A stretch of DNA of 62,820 nucleotides, counting the filler, from Stramenopiles sp. TOSAG23-3 (lineage: Eukaryota), in assembly GCA_900128585.1 (NCBI GenBank). It is 34 parts of 34 records of this genome, joined end to end, with 100 filler letters (N's around TTAATTAATTAA, not from the genome) between each part and the next. Parts side by side here need not be neighbours in the genome. Positions count along the whole stretch, not along the records: positions 33,411 to 35,159 come from LT645445.1; positions 35,260 to 37,007 come from LT645446.1; positions 37,108 to 38,855 come from LT645447.1; positions 38,956 to 40,702 come from LT645448.1; positions 40,803 to 42,548 come from LT645449.1; positions 42,649 to 44,394 come from LT645450.1; positions 44,495 to 46,238 come from LT645451.1; positions 46,339 to 48,082 come from LT645452.1; 26 more parts are not named here. The stretch is one strand, 5' to 3'. Every line of letters begins with the position of its first letter. Position 1 is the first letter of the stretch. The translations under genes and the position numbers were made by a program. Shown in pieces: positions 34,877 to 46,339 of this stretch. Under the pieces are notes generated by a model. The model saw only the letters and a list, made by a program, of their open reading frames with translations, ran no database searches and was not told the DNA's origin.

Positions 34877-35259
34877 CCTTAATTTTTGTTTTTGCCTCTA
34901 AACTATTTTCCCATTCACCCACACTGAGAATAAGGTAGGCACATCGTATACATTATGAGTATGTACTTTCGTAGTGTAATGTATTTAACTGGACATCTCT
35001 CCATCCATCCATTTCCAAATTATATCGAATTTTTTTTCTTTCCGCTAGTCTGTTCCTGTTATTCTCTTCTCCGAGGAGGGTGGTTTCCTCTTCTTCTTCC
35101 TTCTTCTTTTTTTTCTTCTTTCTTCTTTCTTCTTCTTCCTTCTTCCTTCTTCTTTCTTCNNNNNNNNNNNNNNNNNNNNNNNNNNNNNNNNNNNNNNNNN
35201 NNNTTAATTAATTAANNNNNNNNNNNNNNNNNNNNNNNNNNNNNNNNNNNNNNNNNNNN

Positions 35260-37007
35260 CCTGAGATTCGACTGCGGGGAATGAAGGGTCTTGTTAACCT
35301 AACTTGTAGTGACGCCAACATAAAAGCCATGTGGAACGACATTTACACTCGTGCGGCATTTTTGAAAGCCGCAATGGACGAGGCAAACCCTGAGATTCGA
35401 CTGGACGGTATAAGTGGTCTTCTTAACCTAACTGTTAGTGAAGCCAACATAAAAGCCATGTGGAACGACACGGACACTCGTGCGGCGCTTTTGAAAGCCG
35501 CAATGGACGAGGCAAACCCTGAGATTCGACGGCAGGGTATGAATGGTCTTCATAACCTAACTATTAGTGACGCCAACGAGGCACCCATGTGGAACGACAC
35601 GGACACTCGTGCGGCGCTTTTGAAAGCCTCAATAGACGAGGCAAACCCTGAGATTCGACTGGAGGGTATGAAGTGTCTTTATAACCTAACTTTTAGTGAC
35701 GCCAACCAGACACCCATGTGGAACGACACGGACACCCGTGCGGCGCTTTTGAAAGCCGCAATGGACGAGGCAAACCCTAAGATTCGACGGCAGGGTATGA
35801 ATGGTCTTCATAACCTAAAAGCCGCAATGGACGAGGCAAACCCTAAGATTCGACGGCAGGGTATGAATGGTCTTCATAACCTAACTATTAGTGACAACGA
35901 GACAGCGATGTGGAACGACACGGACACTCGTGGCGTTTCCACACGCTTTTCAGCGAAAGTGGAAGTGGCAAAACCTGAGGTTACCAAACTGCACTTACAA
36001 CACTTGCTAAAGAATCGGTTGCAAGAGTTATGTACCAAGTTTGGTCTTGCGACAAGCGGAAATAAGTCAGCTCTCTCGAAGCGATTGGAAGATTCACTCG
36101 GGTTCAATAATGAGTCTACTAATGACTATAGCCTCTTCACTATGGCAACCTTGAACAAAGAGGACAAAGTTAGGATAGCCAAAAAGATGGGGTATTCACT
36201 ACGAAGCGATTTTATTTACGATAAGCAATTTGAATTGCTGTTACGTGGACTCCCTGAAATTAATTGGAGTGACTACGAACAAGGCGTAAAGGTCCGCGTG
36301 ACCAATTCCGATATGAAAATTGATACGCATTACGTGTATATCCCGGGAGAAAGTGGTAAAAAATTGAATTCAAAAAATAGTTCTGACTGCATAAAGAGCG
36401 TAAAGAACAAAACAGTGACTATAGTCTCTGTGAACAAGGATGAAAATTATTTAACTTGTGATTTCAACGGTGTTCTCTTGCGTCTCCCACCAACTCTTGT
36501 ACATGTTGCCAAGAAAAGAATCAAGGTTTCAAAACAGAAAGTAAAGTGGGCTAAAAAAGCGAGAGAGAAAAGAATCAACGTTTCGAAACAGAAAGTAAAG
36601 TGGAATAAAAAAGCGGGAGAGAAAAGAATCTTTGATGCGAAAAGAATCTTGAAAGCGGGAGAGAAAAAAATCTTGGAATGGAACTTAGATGGATTTTCTA
36701 AAGGAATTAGAATGAGTAATGACAGTTCTGGTTCAAAAAGAAAAACGAATCGAACGAAAAGCAAAAGCTGCAGTGAGGTTTCAAAACAGAAAGATCGAAC
36801 GAAAAGCAAAAGCTGCAGTAAGGTTTCAAAACAGAAAGTAAAGTGGGCTAAAATGAAAAGAATCAACGTTTCGAAAAAGAAAGTAAAGTGGAATACAAAA
36901 GCGGTCAAAGCGGTCACGAAAAGCTGCAGTGCCGCGCCGCCGGACAACAGATTATTTAACGTGTGCGGGGATGACAAAGATTTGGGGAGTGCGTCTCAAA
37001 GCTACAG
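35260..37007 (+). CDS. ARM/HEAT-like 43-aa repeat protein with SAP domain and Lys-rich tail (both ends truncated)
   Basis: 129-bp tandem units (NPEIR..G..GL.NLT.SDAN..MWND.DTRAALLKAA); SAP motif LLKNRLQELC..FGL.TSGNKSAL..RL. Confidence 0.75.
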
Positions 37008-37109
37008 NNNNNNNNNNNNNNNNNNNNNNNNNNNNNNNNNNNNNNNNNNNNTTAATTAATTAANNNNNNNNNNNNNNNNNNNNNNNNNNNNNNNNNNNNN
37101 NNNNNNNCG

Positions 37110-38459
37110 AGGTTTTTCCAACTTCTCGCTGCAGCGTGGCATAGAATATTTTGTTTTGACATCACGCACATCCCAGAAATGATCGCATTCACAATGGAAA
37201 CTGTAGTCCAGGTCAGCGAAAGCATCAAGAGCCGGCAGAATGATGCTCACTTTTTCGCCGAGAGGATTATAAACCCATACCTACGGTGCGCCCTTGTCAC
37301 CCTTCTAACCATCCAAAATGGGCAAGAAATAAATCGACACCCGACGGTTCGACATGTGTACACTGGTTACCTGGGGCAATTTGGCGGGCTAGAGTGCTAC
37401 AACTTCAGAACATGCTTACGGTTGATGAGTTGGCGAGAGATTATGTTTTGTCTGCAGAATGAAGTGGAAGAAGGCGACCTGAACAACACATACATACCGT
37501 TCGCCGTCTGTAGCGTGGAGGCCAACACGCGCGTTCCCCTCGACGGGTGCCATCCCATCGCTACAGCAAGGAATCCTTACAAGAAGTGTTACTTTATTGA
37601 TGCTAATAACGGCGGTGCAATAAATCTTGGAATTATGGTCCGGCAATCCAACCGCTCTCAAGGGTACAAGATTATAAAAATGGTGACTTTCATACCGGGC
37701 GAAACGGCCGAGAGTGACTACGGGAGGCCTTTGGTGACGTTTTTTGAGCAGTTTGCAGACAAGCTAGACTCGCAATTCTACAAAGTCGAGGCGCTGTTGC
37801 AAGACGATACTATGATGTCCCATTTCGAAGTGCAAGATTATTTCTCTTCAAACTTTCCGCCGTCTGTTCTCTCCGAAATGCGCAGGATTAACTACGGAAT
37901 AAGCGTATTTCCGCAGCACGGAAAATTTGTGTCCAGGGCCGTGACAAAAAACGAACATTTTCCGAAAGGTATACTTGTAACGGCCCACACGCTACCAGTA
38001 TACGGCACGCAATTTGGGTGGACATATTCTATACGGATCAAAGTCGTTGAGGATGCCGGAAACACCAATCGTTGCCAATTAGTGACAAGGCACTGGCAAA
38101 TAGGAAAGTCTGACGGGCGAAACGAAACTGTGAGTGGTGCTGGTGTTATTGGACTGTTTCCGGTCTTCCACCAGGGCGGATTTGTTAATGTTGGTTCCCA
38201 CCTGAAGAACCACCTGCAACCTTCCGAGGACAATGAAATGTTTGTGTACCAATCGTGCACGGGAGACCGAAACGATACAGTATCGTTCGGTGGTTTTCTT
38301 ACTTTCCGCTTAGTTCCACCCAGCGAGAAACTAGAGGATCACATCGAGTATCGTGACGAAGCCATAGAAGGTTTTGCAGGCCTTGGATTGTTTGATGTAG
38401 AAGTCAAACCTTTCCTCATCGGAACAGAAAAGGATGCAGTTGACCATGGATTGATTTAA
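37110..38459 (+). CDS. ApaG-domain protein (FBXO3/SKIP16-like, 5' partial)
   Basis: WTYSIRI...CQL.TRHW.I...ETVSG.GVIG.FP...FVYQSCT; upstream QNGQ SMI1/KNR4-like segment. Confidence 0.8.
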   Translation, partial: RFFQLLAAAWHRIFCFDITHIPEMIAFTMETVVQVSESIKSRQNDAHFFAERIINPYLRCALVTLLTIQNGQEINRHPTVRHVYTGYLGQFGGLECYNFRTCLRLMSWREIMFCLQNEVEEGDLNNTYIPFAVCSVEANTRVPLDGCHPIATARNPYKKCYFIDANNGGAINLGIMVRQSNRSQGYKIIKMVTFIPGETAESDYGRPLVTFFEQFADKLDSQFYKVEALLQDDTMMSHFEVQDYFSSNFPPSVLSEMRRINYGISVFPQHGKFVSRAVTKNEHFPKGILVTAHTLPVYGTQFGWTYSIRIKVVEDAGNTNRCQLVTRHWQIGKSDGRNETVSGAGVIGLFPVFHQGGFVNVGSHLKNHLQPSEDNEMFVYQSCTGDRNDTVSFGGFLTFRLVPPSEKLEDHIEYRDEAIEGFAGLGLFDVEVKPFLIGTEKDAVDHGLI

Positions 38460-38955
38460 AGATTGCTTTGTTAATGCCAACACAACGACGACGACGTGTT
38501 GTTGTTTTTCTTCGGTTCAGTACAGTTGCTTCTGTGCATCCGACTGCTGTTTACATTAAACCACAATGCTGTGTGCGTGTTAATCAGTTTACTAAAGGTG
38601 TACGAAAGTTGTTGGAAGGGACTAGCATTGTACATTTAACTATATGTTTAATCTACGTTGTAGTTCTGTTTACTTTTACTGTACTACCAGGTACCCGTAT
38701 TTATATTATACCTGGTACGGTACAGGTACCACCTGGTTTTTTACGTACGTACCTGCTGTACTATAAATTATTACGGAATCCAAGTGATTCATGTCGCATT
38801 TTAAAATTATTTTGGAAACCAACCCTTTTATTCGTTTTGTATTCTAATGTGTTTTNNNNNNNNNNNNNNNNNNNNNNNNNNNNNNNNNNNNNNNNNNNNT
38901 TAATTAATTAANNNNNNNNNNNNNNNNNNNNNNNNNNNNNNNNNNNNNNNNNNNN

Positions 38956-39072
38956 TCTTCCTTTCTTCCTTTCTTCCTTTCTTCCTTTCTTCCTTTCTTC
39001 CTTTCTTCCTTTCTTCCTTTCTTCCTTTCTTCCTGGATTCTTCCTTTCTTCCTTTCTTCCTTTCTTCCTTTC
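38956..39072 (+). repeat. (TTCCTTTC)n 8-bp minisatellite
   Basis: Direct reading. Confidence 0.92.
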
Positions 39073-39898
39073 CTCTTCTTTGATTGGATTTGGTTTGGTT
39101 TGGTTTGGCTTACTTGTTTTTAAAATTTCCACCAATCAGAAGAAGTTTAAAATGTGGATACATTACAAAAATAAGGTTTTCGTTTTTACACATTTTGTAT
39201 TGGTATGGAGTATAGTACTGTATAAGGATTAATGATTACTCATTTAAAGCACCTTTCTGTCCTATTTCTTCATTGCTTTTTATGGTATATAGTTGCATTG
39301 TGTATATAACAATAATTAATGGGAAAAGGAGGATCTCCTTAATATGTAATTCTAAAAGGGAAAAGAGAAGAAGAAAAAATCAAATTTAAAAACATGAAAA
39401 TGAATGATATATACATATACCATAGGAACCAAAGGAGTGAAAAATGAATATGAATAAGTGATTCGAAAATAAGGGAAACAATTTTAAAGAAAGAAATGAA
39501 AGAAATTTAAAATATTCAGACGGTGCACAATAACTAGTAATTTAAAATACTCAAACGGCAAGAAAGAGACCCTTGATCGATCTTTAATAGTTCAGAAACT
39601 ACCTTTACTATTATGATTTGATAGTATTCTCTAGTTTTCTATTAATAATACTTAAATCACTCACGCACAATAATAATTAAATATGATTGGGTTAGCAGAA
39701 AAAAGAAGAAAAGTAGATAAAAAATCAGAAAGAAGGGTTATATATAGGATAGTTTTAGTTACTTGTAGAACATTAAATAGTACTGTCTACTGTGTAAATT
39801 TAAAAACTTGTTTCAAAAATGAACCAAGCCTATGCCAAATCGTATTAAATATGTTCCTATCTGACTTGACTTTTTTTTAATTGATTCACTCAAATAAG

Positions 39899-40702
39899 CC
39901 GAAAACAATTAAGGGTTGTGGCTATTCGATTCAGTTCGATACGGAGCTTGGTGATTTGCCACCAATTTGGCTGAACGCTAGTGCACTGCGATTGAACGGG
40001 TCTGCAACGCTGGTAAATCCATCTGTAGGACGCTGCGACAAGTACCGAGTCCAGCGAGTAAGGACAGCTTCCATTGAAGAAGGCTATTCTTCCACTGCTG
40101 GCACGGCGAAACCTAATTCGAAATTAGGAGGCAGTTTTCGATTGCGATACAGAAACGAGTTTACTCGAAATCTTGATCATGCAAGCACCTCCGCAAACGT
40201 CAAGGCAGCGCTAGAAGAACTAGAGAGTATTGTGACAGTCACTGTGTCCCGCAGTACTGCCGATAGCCAAGGGGGCTATACCTGGACTGTCGAATTTCTC
40301 AGTGTGAACCATGAGCCTTCGAGTAAAAATGCTTTATTCTCAGAACTGTATGCTGAAGGTCACTTGCTTTTCAGTAATACAAGTGACGGTAGAGTAGCGA
40401 CTGCTGCTATTCAAGTAGATGAGCTGAGGCAAGGAGAGCATGTTGACTTTTGCCCCCAGAACACACAAGCTGGAAGGTATGGCGACGACTTCTTTGTTCG
40501 TTTAGAAGGCCCAAGTATCGTGAGAGGTGATGTTGAATACATTCACAGTGGAAATTATAAAATCACTTACGAAACGCCAAAAGCGGGTGAGTACTCGATG
40601 TCCGTTGCACGTGCGACAAGAGGTGGCAAAACGAAATGGCATGACCGTCATTTAATTCAAGCCAGAAATGCTCCTACTTTCCTGTGGCAGATTGACAATA
40701 CC
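39899..40702 (+). CDS. Exon of a giant repetitive extracellular protein with filamin-type Ig repeat
   Basis: GGSFRL.Y...VKAALE.L...V.VSRS...GYTW.V.F repeat, then GDDFFV.L.GP...GNY.ITY..PKAGEY. Probable 3' splice site near 39898. Confidence 0.65.
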
Positions 40703-42059
40703 NNNNNNNNNNNNNNNNNNNNNNNNNNNNNNNNNNNNNNNNNNNNTTAATTAATTAANNNNNNNNNNNNNNNNNNNNNNNNNNNNNNNNNNNNNNNNNN
40801 NNGCCTGAAGGAATAGAGGTTGAGGTTGATTGCTACACGTACAGGTGGTAGATACAACACATATGTTGAAGATCGGTGTAGTGTGTAGAGTATTTGTGTA
40901 AATTATTATTTTTATTATTATTATTTTATATTATTTTATTATTAAAAAAAATTATTATTATATATTATTTATTAATTAATTAATAATATAAATAATAAAA
41001 ATTGTGAAAACAATGTTATTTCCCTGTTGTTTATTTATTTCAATTCAAGTGCTTGTCGTCAATCAACAAAATCATCTGCTAAAACTATATTTAATATTAT
41101 TTATAGAAGTAGGCCAAATACGTACAAATAGCATCGGAATTCTTTTTTTCCTCAAGAATTTTCTTTCACCTTCTTTTCGTGACGCACGCATGAGTCCATC
41201 TTCCTTTAACCTATTATAAACTCTAATTGTGGTGGTTCAGGGTGAATTGTGATGAATTATTATTTTAATTGTGAACGTTGAGATGTCGTTCTTTCTTTCA
41301 TTAATTAATACATACGACTGTACTTGTAATAATAGGAAACTATCCCTTTTCAAACGGCATTGTATTTCTATATACTAAAATACGGTATTTCTTTTTTTTG
41401 ATTAAATTGATTTTTATCTAATCTTAAGACGACATAAACATCACACCAAATTCTTCATTCTCCATGCTAAAGTATGTATTCCCTATAGCTATAAATGAAA
41501 ATACTACAATACGATAGAAGGTACGAACGCGGGGTATTTATTCCAATTCTACTTCTTCCCCCTGTCACCTGTTGTCACTTTGCGAATGTGACTCCAACAA
41601 CCGTTACTATTAATTATTATTTTATTTTAATAAAGGAATAGAACCACCAGAGAACCACTATGATCTTTCAAGTTACCAAATTACGATTAACATAAACAGA
41701 AGCTGAAATATGTTCTATTGTACCAACAACCAAAACAACAAATTCATTCTTCTTTTCTACGACATAATTTCATTAACATCAACACAACAAGGAAGAGATG
41801 AGGAGAGAGAGAGAAGAAGAGTGGCGTCTGGCGTCTGTGTAGTAGTTCACCAATAGCAATCATATAGATTTGTGCATAACAAATAACGAACACGATAATT
41901 AATATAAACTCAACAATACATTGTGATTGTTCAATAACAGAATTCATAAGTGTGACCATTGCGCAAACATACAAACATATACACTGTTTTTGCACAGTTT
42001 CGTTCGAACCAGTGTCGATATATATATATTTTTCCCCTCATAAAAAATAGTGAACCACC

Positions 42060-42548
42060 ATGAGCACCGCCACTTCGTCGTCTGAATGGGCGTCTGCAAT
42101 AGATCACAAAGGTCGAACGTACTACTACAATCGAAAGACCAGGCAAAGCAGCTGGGCATTGCCAGTTAAGGAAGACACACAAAAAGAAAATTTTGGAATG
42201 GGCGAGAAGCAAGGAAGCCATCGCTTTGAATCAAAAAACATGTACGAGCAGGTGTTCCAGCAGAAGCCTTGTGGCCAAGACAATGAAAACAGTGTTCCCG
42301 AGGCGCAATATTTTCAGAAGCCAAAGCTAAATTTAATCAGAAAAAAGGCAAAAAAGATCATGACCCCAAGGGCATCTAGCCATAGAAAAAGTCACAGACC
42401 ATCTTCTCACCTCCAAGACTCTACAAATGTTCGAACGGAATCGCAAAAGGTCTCGGAGGACAAGAGTGAAAGCCAGCCCACCAGCAAGCTTCCGCCAAAG
42501 AAAGTGCCGAAGTGGAAGCAGCAGTCCGGCCGTCTTCGACAAGCGATG
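42060..42548 (+). CDS. WW-domain protein (3' truncated)
   Basis: EWASAIDHKGRTYYYNRKTRQSSWALP; ends in PKWKQQS..LRQAM. Confidence 0.8.
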
Positions 42549-42648
42549 NNNNNNNNNNNNNNNNNNNNNNNNNNNNNNNNNNNNNNNNNNNNTTAATTAA
42601 TTAANNNNNNNNNNNNNNNNNNNNNNNNNNNNNNNNNNNNNNNNNNNN

Positions 42649-43931
42649 GAGGCCAGTAAGAACAGAGACGCGATAAGGATGTAATAAAACGCCGTGTACA
42701 GCGACGCAAAGTCGAGACAGTACTGTTCTACGATCGTGTACTGCTGTTCGTAGTACACTAGCTGCGCTTCGGACTCAAAGATCGTCTGATTCAGGACACT
42801 GACTATAGTTCGCCCATTCTCAATTTCCACTTCCGGATCGAACAAACGGCGGCCTCTCCAGGGAGTGAGCATCCGGTATGAGGTCTGGGGCTGCGGTGTG
42901 CTAGAAACAAAGTTTGGCTCTCCAAAACCAGCTACCTTCGACACTTGACCCACTCCACTGTCGGAGAATTGTTTTTGAACATTGTTCCATTTTTGATACT
43001 TGTCAAGTGTCGCGCTCATCATTGCGTCCGTCTGGCCCAGGGCGTCTTTAGCGATGGCCATGTAATCTTTGACGATAGAAATGTACTGCTTCACAAGGTC
43101 GCTAAAGAGGCCGCAGCTGTATGTCATTCCAAACGTAGCCCCCGTCATCAAGGTCGACACCAACAGGAGCACGAGGCCAATAACGTAAATCACAATCAAC
43201 AAGACCGTCCCGATAATAGCCCATACCAACTGACAACCTTTTTGCGCGAACTTCTCCAGCAGAACGCAGAACCACGCACATGGCGAGCGCTTTTTGCAGC
43301 AACAGCACTTACAGCCTGCCCCGCTCCCTCCGGCCTTTGCGCCACAGCACTCCCTCTGGGTTTCCAGAATTCCTGTGCTCAGCCCGTGCAGAAACACGGC
43401 GGAGTGCACGCCGATGAAAAAAATCATAGCAAAAACGTAGTAACCGAGATATTGCCGAGCTATCCCAGACGGGTCGTAGTTCTTAATGGTAAACGAAATC
43501 TGCACCATCGCTGCAGACATAAACATGCAGGACGTTATTGTGATCCCCAAACCGACCAACCCCCCGATCGGAAAGTTGTCCACGGAGCTGTCAAAGCACC
43601 ATGCCACCGCGGTTGCCACCCTCTTCATAGCGGCACCAATTTCCTCCAAGTCTTCTAAGATGTCATCCATATCCGGCAGGTCAAAAAATCCACTGGACTC
43701 GTCGTCGCTTTCTACCGCCTTGTCCTCTCCTACGCTGTACTTTTTTCCAATGTTGGGCACTTCCTTGCGCGGTTGAACGTATGCCGATTCCATCGTACTA
43801 ACGTCTACGTTGTCTAAATCCTCCAGAACAACATCATCGTTTACCGTATCACGCGTAACGTTTCCCCGCCCGTCCTCTTCCAGGTGGGCGTACGACGATT
43901 CTGTGGTATCAACAGGTAATTCGCCCGACAT
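42649..43931 (-). CDS. Multi-pass (tetraspan-like) membrane protein (3' truncated)
   Basis: Three to four TM helices, Cys-rich cytoplasmic loop, large loop containing RRL. Confidence 0.7.
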
Positions 43932-44494
43932 ACCAAACAACTGTATGTTTCTTGCAGGCTTTGGAACTATTCTATTAATCTTTAACGCATTCCGATTTCA
44001 ACAGCCTCTGTTTGTTCGGAAAAACAAAAAGAGGGAAAGAAAGAGATAAAAGAGAGAGATGACATTTTACATTAAAAAAATAACCGTTTAAATAATTTTT
44101 ATATTTTCGGAGTTTTCGTTCTTCGTTCGGAGGTACCAGGTACCCGTAGTAGTAATAATAGTAATAGAAAGGTATAGTACGGTACGGAGTAAAATGTATG
44201 TACTTTTTATTAATTCGATCGCTGCTTTTCGTTATAAAAAAAGTTTTCAGAAATTAGAAACGATCGCATTAGATTCAGACAGATTACTACAACAATTGTA
44301 AATACGTTCTCTCGTATTTTGACTCTTCTACCATACCAAACTTGTCTGCATTTAAAATTATCCCGCTTCCCCAACTGCTACCATCTACTGCCACNNNNNN
44401 NNNNNNNNNNNNNNNNNNNNNNNNNNNNNNNNNNNNNNTTAATTAATTAANNNNNNNNNNNNNNNNNNNNNNNNNNNNNNNNNNNNNNNNNNNN

Positions 44495-45521
44495 TCGATT
44501 TTTTCCCCTTCCCTATCGGTGAATCGTTAAACTCTCCCCAATCGTTGTTTTCGGCAGCACCGTCCTCTTCCACGTCAACGCTGGTATCTTTTTCTTCCTC
44601 CGTTGGCGATTCCGCCGGGGGCAAAGCTGGGGTTTCCTCTGAATTAAAACCGCCTAAGTCGTTCTCTGTGTTTCCTTCCTCCTTTTTGGTTTGCTCCTCC
44701 TCTATTGTTTCTGTAGGCCGCTCTGGTTGTTGAACGGGAACCTCTGGTTCGCGGTCCGATGCTCGGGCGTCTTTGGGCTTAACAGTGTAGTCCTCGGTTG
44801 CACCTGCCTCAAAAATGTCGTTGGCAGCATTTGTTTCCGCTGCCACAGACGCATCTTCAAAATCCCCTAAGGCACTGTCGATGTTTTCAGACTCTTCCCT
44901 GGCATCTTTGCTTTCGCTGGATTTTTTAACAGTTCCGAATAATTCTTCCCCGATTGCCCCAGGCACAGCGCCCCCATCTTCCACCGCTGCCTCTTCTGCA
45001 CCCTTCGTCCTCCTGACCGCTTGAGGCCCAACGCTCTCTACTGCGTCTGCGTCCGTTTTCTCCTCCGTCACATCGTCGCTACCATTATTTTCACTAACCA
45101 TATTGTCCACAACAACAGTGTTGGCCTCGCCTGTCTCCACCACTGCAGTGCCTGGTGCTGGGCTCGGCTCGTTTTCAGCCTGAGGTGGCTCCTCGAAGTC
45201 CCCAAGATCATCGTTCACGGCCTCCTCTGTAACCCCCTGTGAGTTGTTTGTTGTGACGTTTGCGCTTTCCTGGCCGTTCCCAGTATCGTCTGGGCTGGTC
45301 TTGACTTCTTCTGCGGCGTCCAAGGAGGCGGAAAAGTCCCCCCAAGCGTCTTCAATGTTATTCACATCAACACCTTCAACGTTTCCAGTGCTCACCGACT
45401 CTGGGGTTTCAAAATCCCCCCAATCGTCTGCACCATCTTCAACGTTCGTCGTTTTCCCAGGGTCGACCTCACTGGTTTCAAAGTCCCCAAATATATCTTG
45501 AAAACTGCCGTCGTCTGCCAT
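44495..45521 (-). CDS. Acidic disordered protein with repeated [WFL]G[DE]F motifs (aftiphilin/gamma-synergin-like; 3' truncated)
   Basis: IFGDF, DDWGDF, DAWGDF, DLGDF, ALGDF, DWGEF match AP-1 gamma-ear-binding motifs. Confidence 0.65.
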
Positions 45522-46339
45522 TATTTTCAAACGAAAAGTCCAAAAACAAACAAAAATAAAAAAAGGGGACGGCAACAATTGCAAGAAAGAAAAGACAAAC
45601 AATACATAAAATGGAAACACAGAGTGGTTCTTTTCTAATGATTCAATTAAACAATCCTATCATTATTATTTTCTTTCAAATATCCTTACTACAATTTCTT
45701 CTGTTTGTTTTTATTTTAGTTTATTAATAAATTAATATTTATTTTAATAAATTATAATAAAAAAAAAAATATATATTTTTTATTTTGTATGTTAAATAAT
45801 GTATTTATTATATATTAATATTACTTTTTTTTTTAATTCTTCTTCTATTATTATTAGTCTATATATCTTCTCTTTCTTCTTTCTTCTTTTAATATTTATT
45901 ATAATTTTAATATCTCTCTCTTCTCTCTTCTCTCATCCGTCTGTCCTCCTCGTATTTATATCTGTGGTGGAATCGATGCTGTGGGAAGGTGGAAGGACAT
46001 GTTGTACGAGGATGTCTTGTATTATTTTTTGCCAATTATTATTATTATTCTACTATTTTTTTTTTCTTGCTTCCTGCTGCCTGCTCTGCTGTTGCTGTGT
46101 ATTTTATATTATTATATTTATCCAAGAAGAAGAAGAAGAAGATTATTATTTTTTTTTTACGAAGAAGAGGAGAAGAAGAAGACGATGACTCTGGTTTTGT
46201 TTTATTGATTGTTGTTGCAGCTGTTGTTGTGTTGAAGTNNNNNNNNNNNNNNNNNNNNNNNNNNNNNNNNNNNNNNNNNNNNTTAATTAATTAANNNNNN
46301 NNNNNNNNNNNNNNNNNNNNNNNNNNNNNNNNNNNNNNT

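Noticed and set aside
45799-46294. Hydrophobic low-complexity ORFs here and at 16487, 34955, 38908, 49659, 53665, 60281, 61177
   Set aside because: Translations of AT-rich or microsatellite intergenic DNA.
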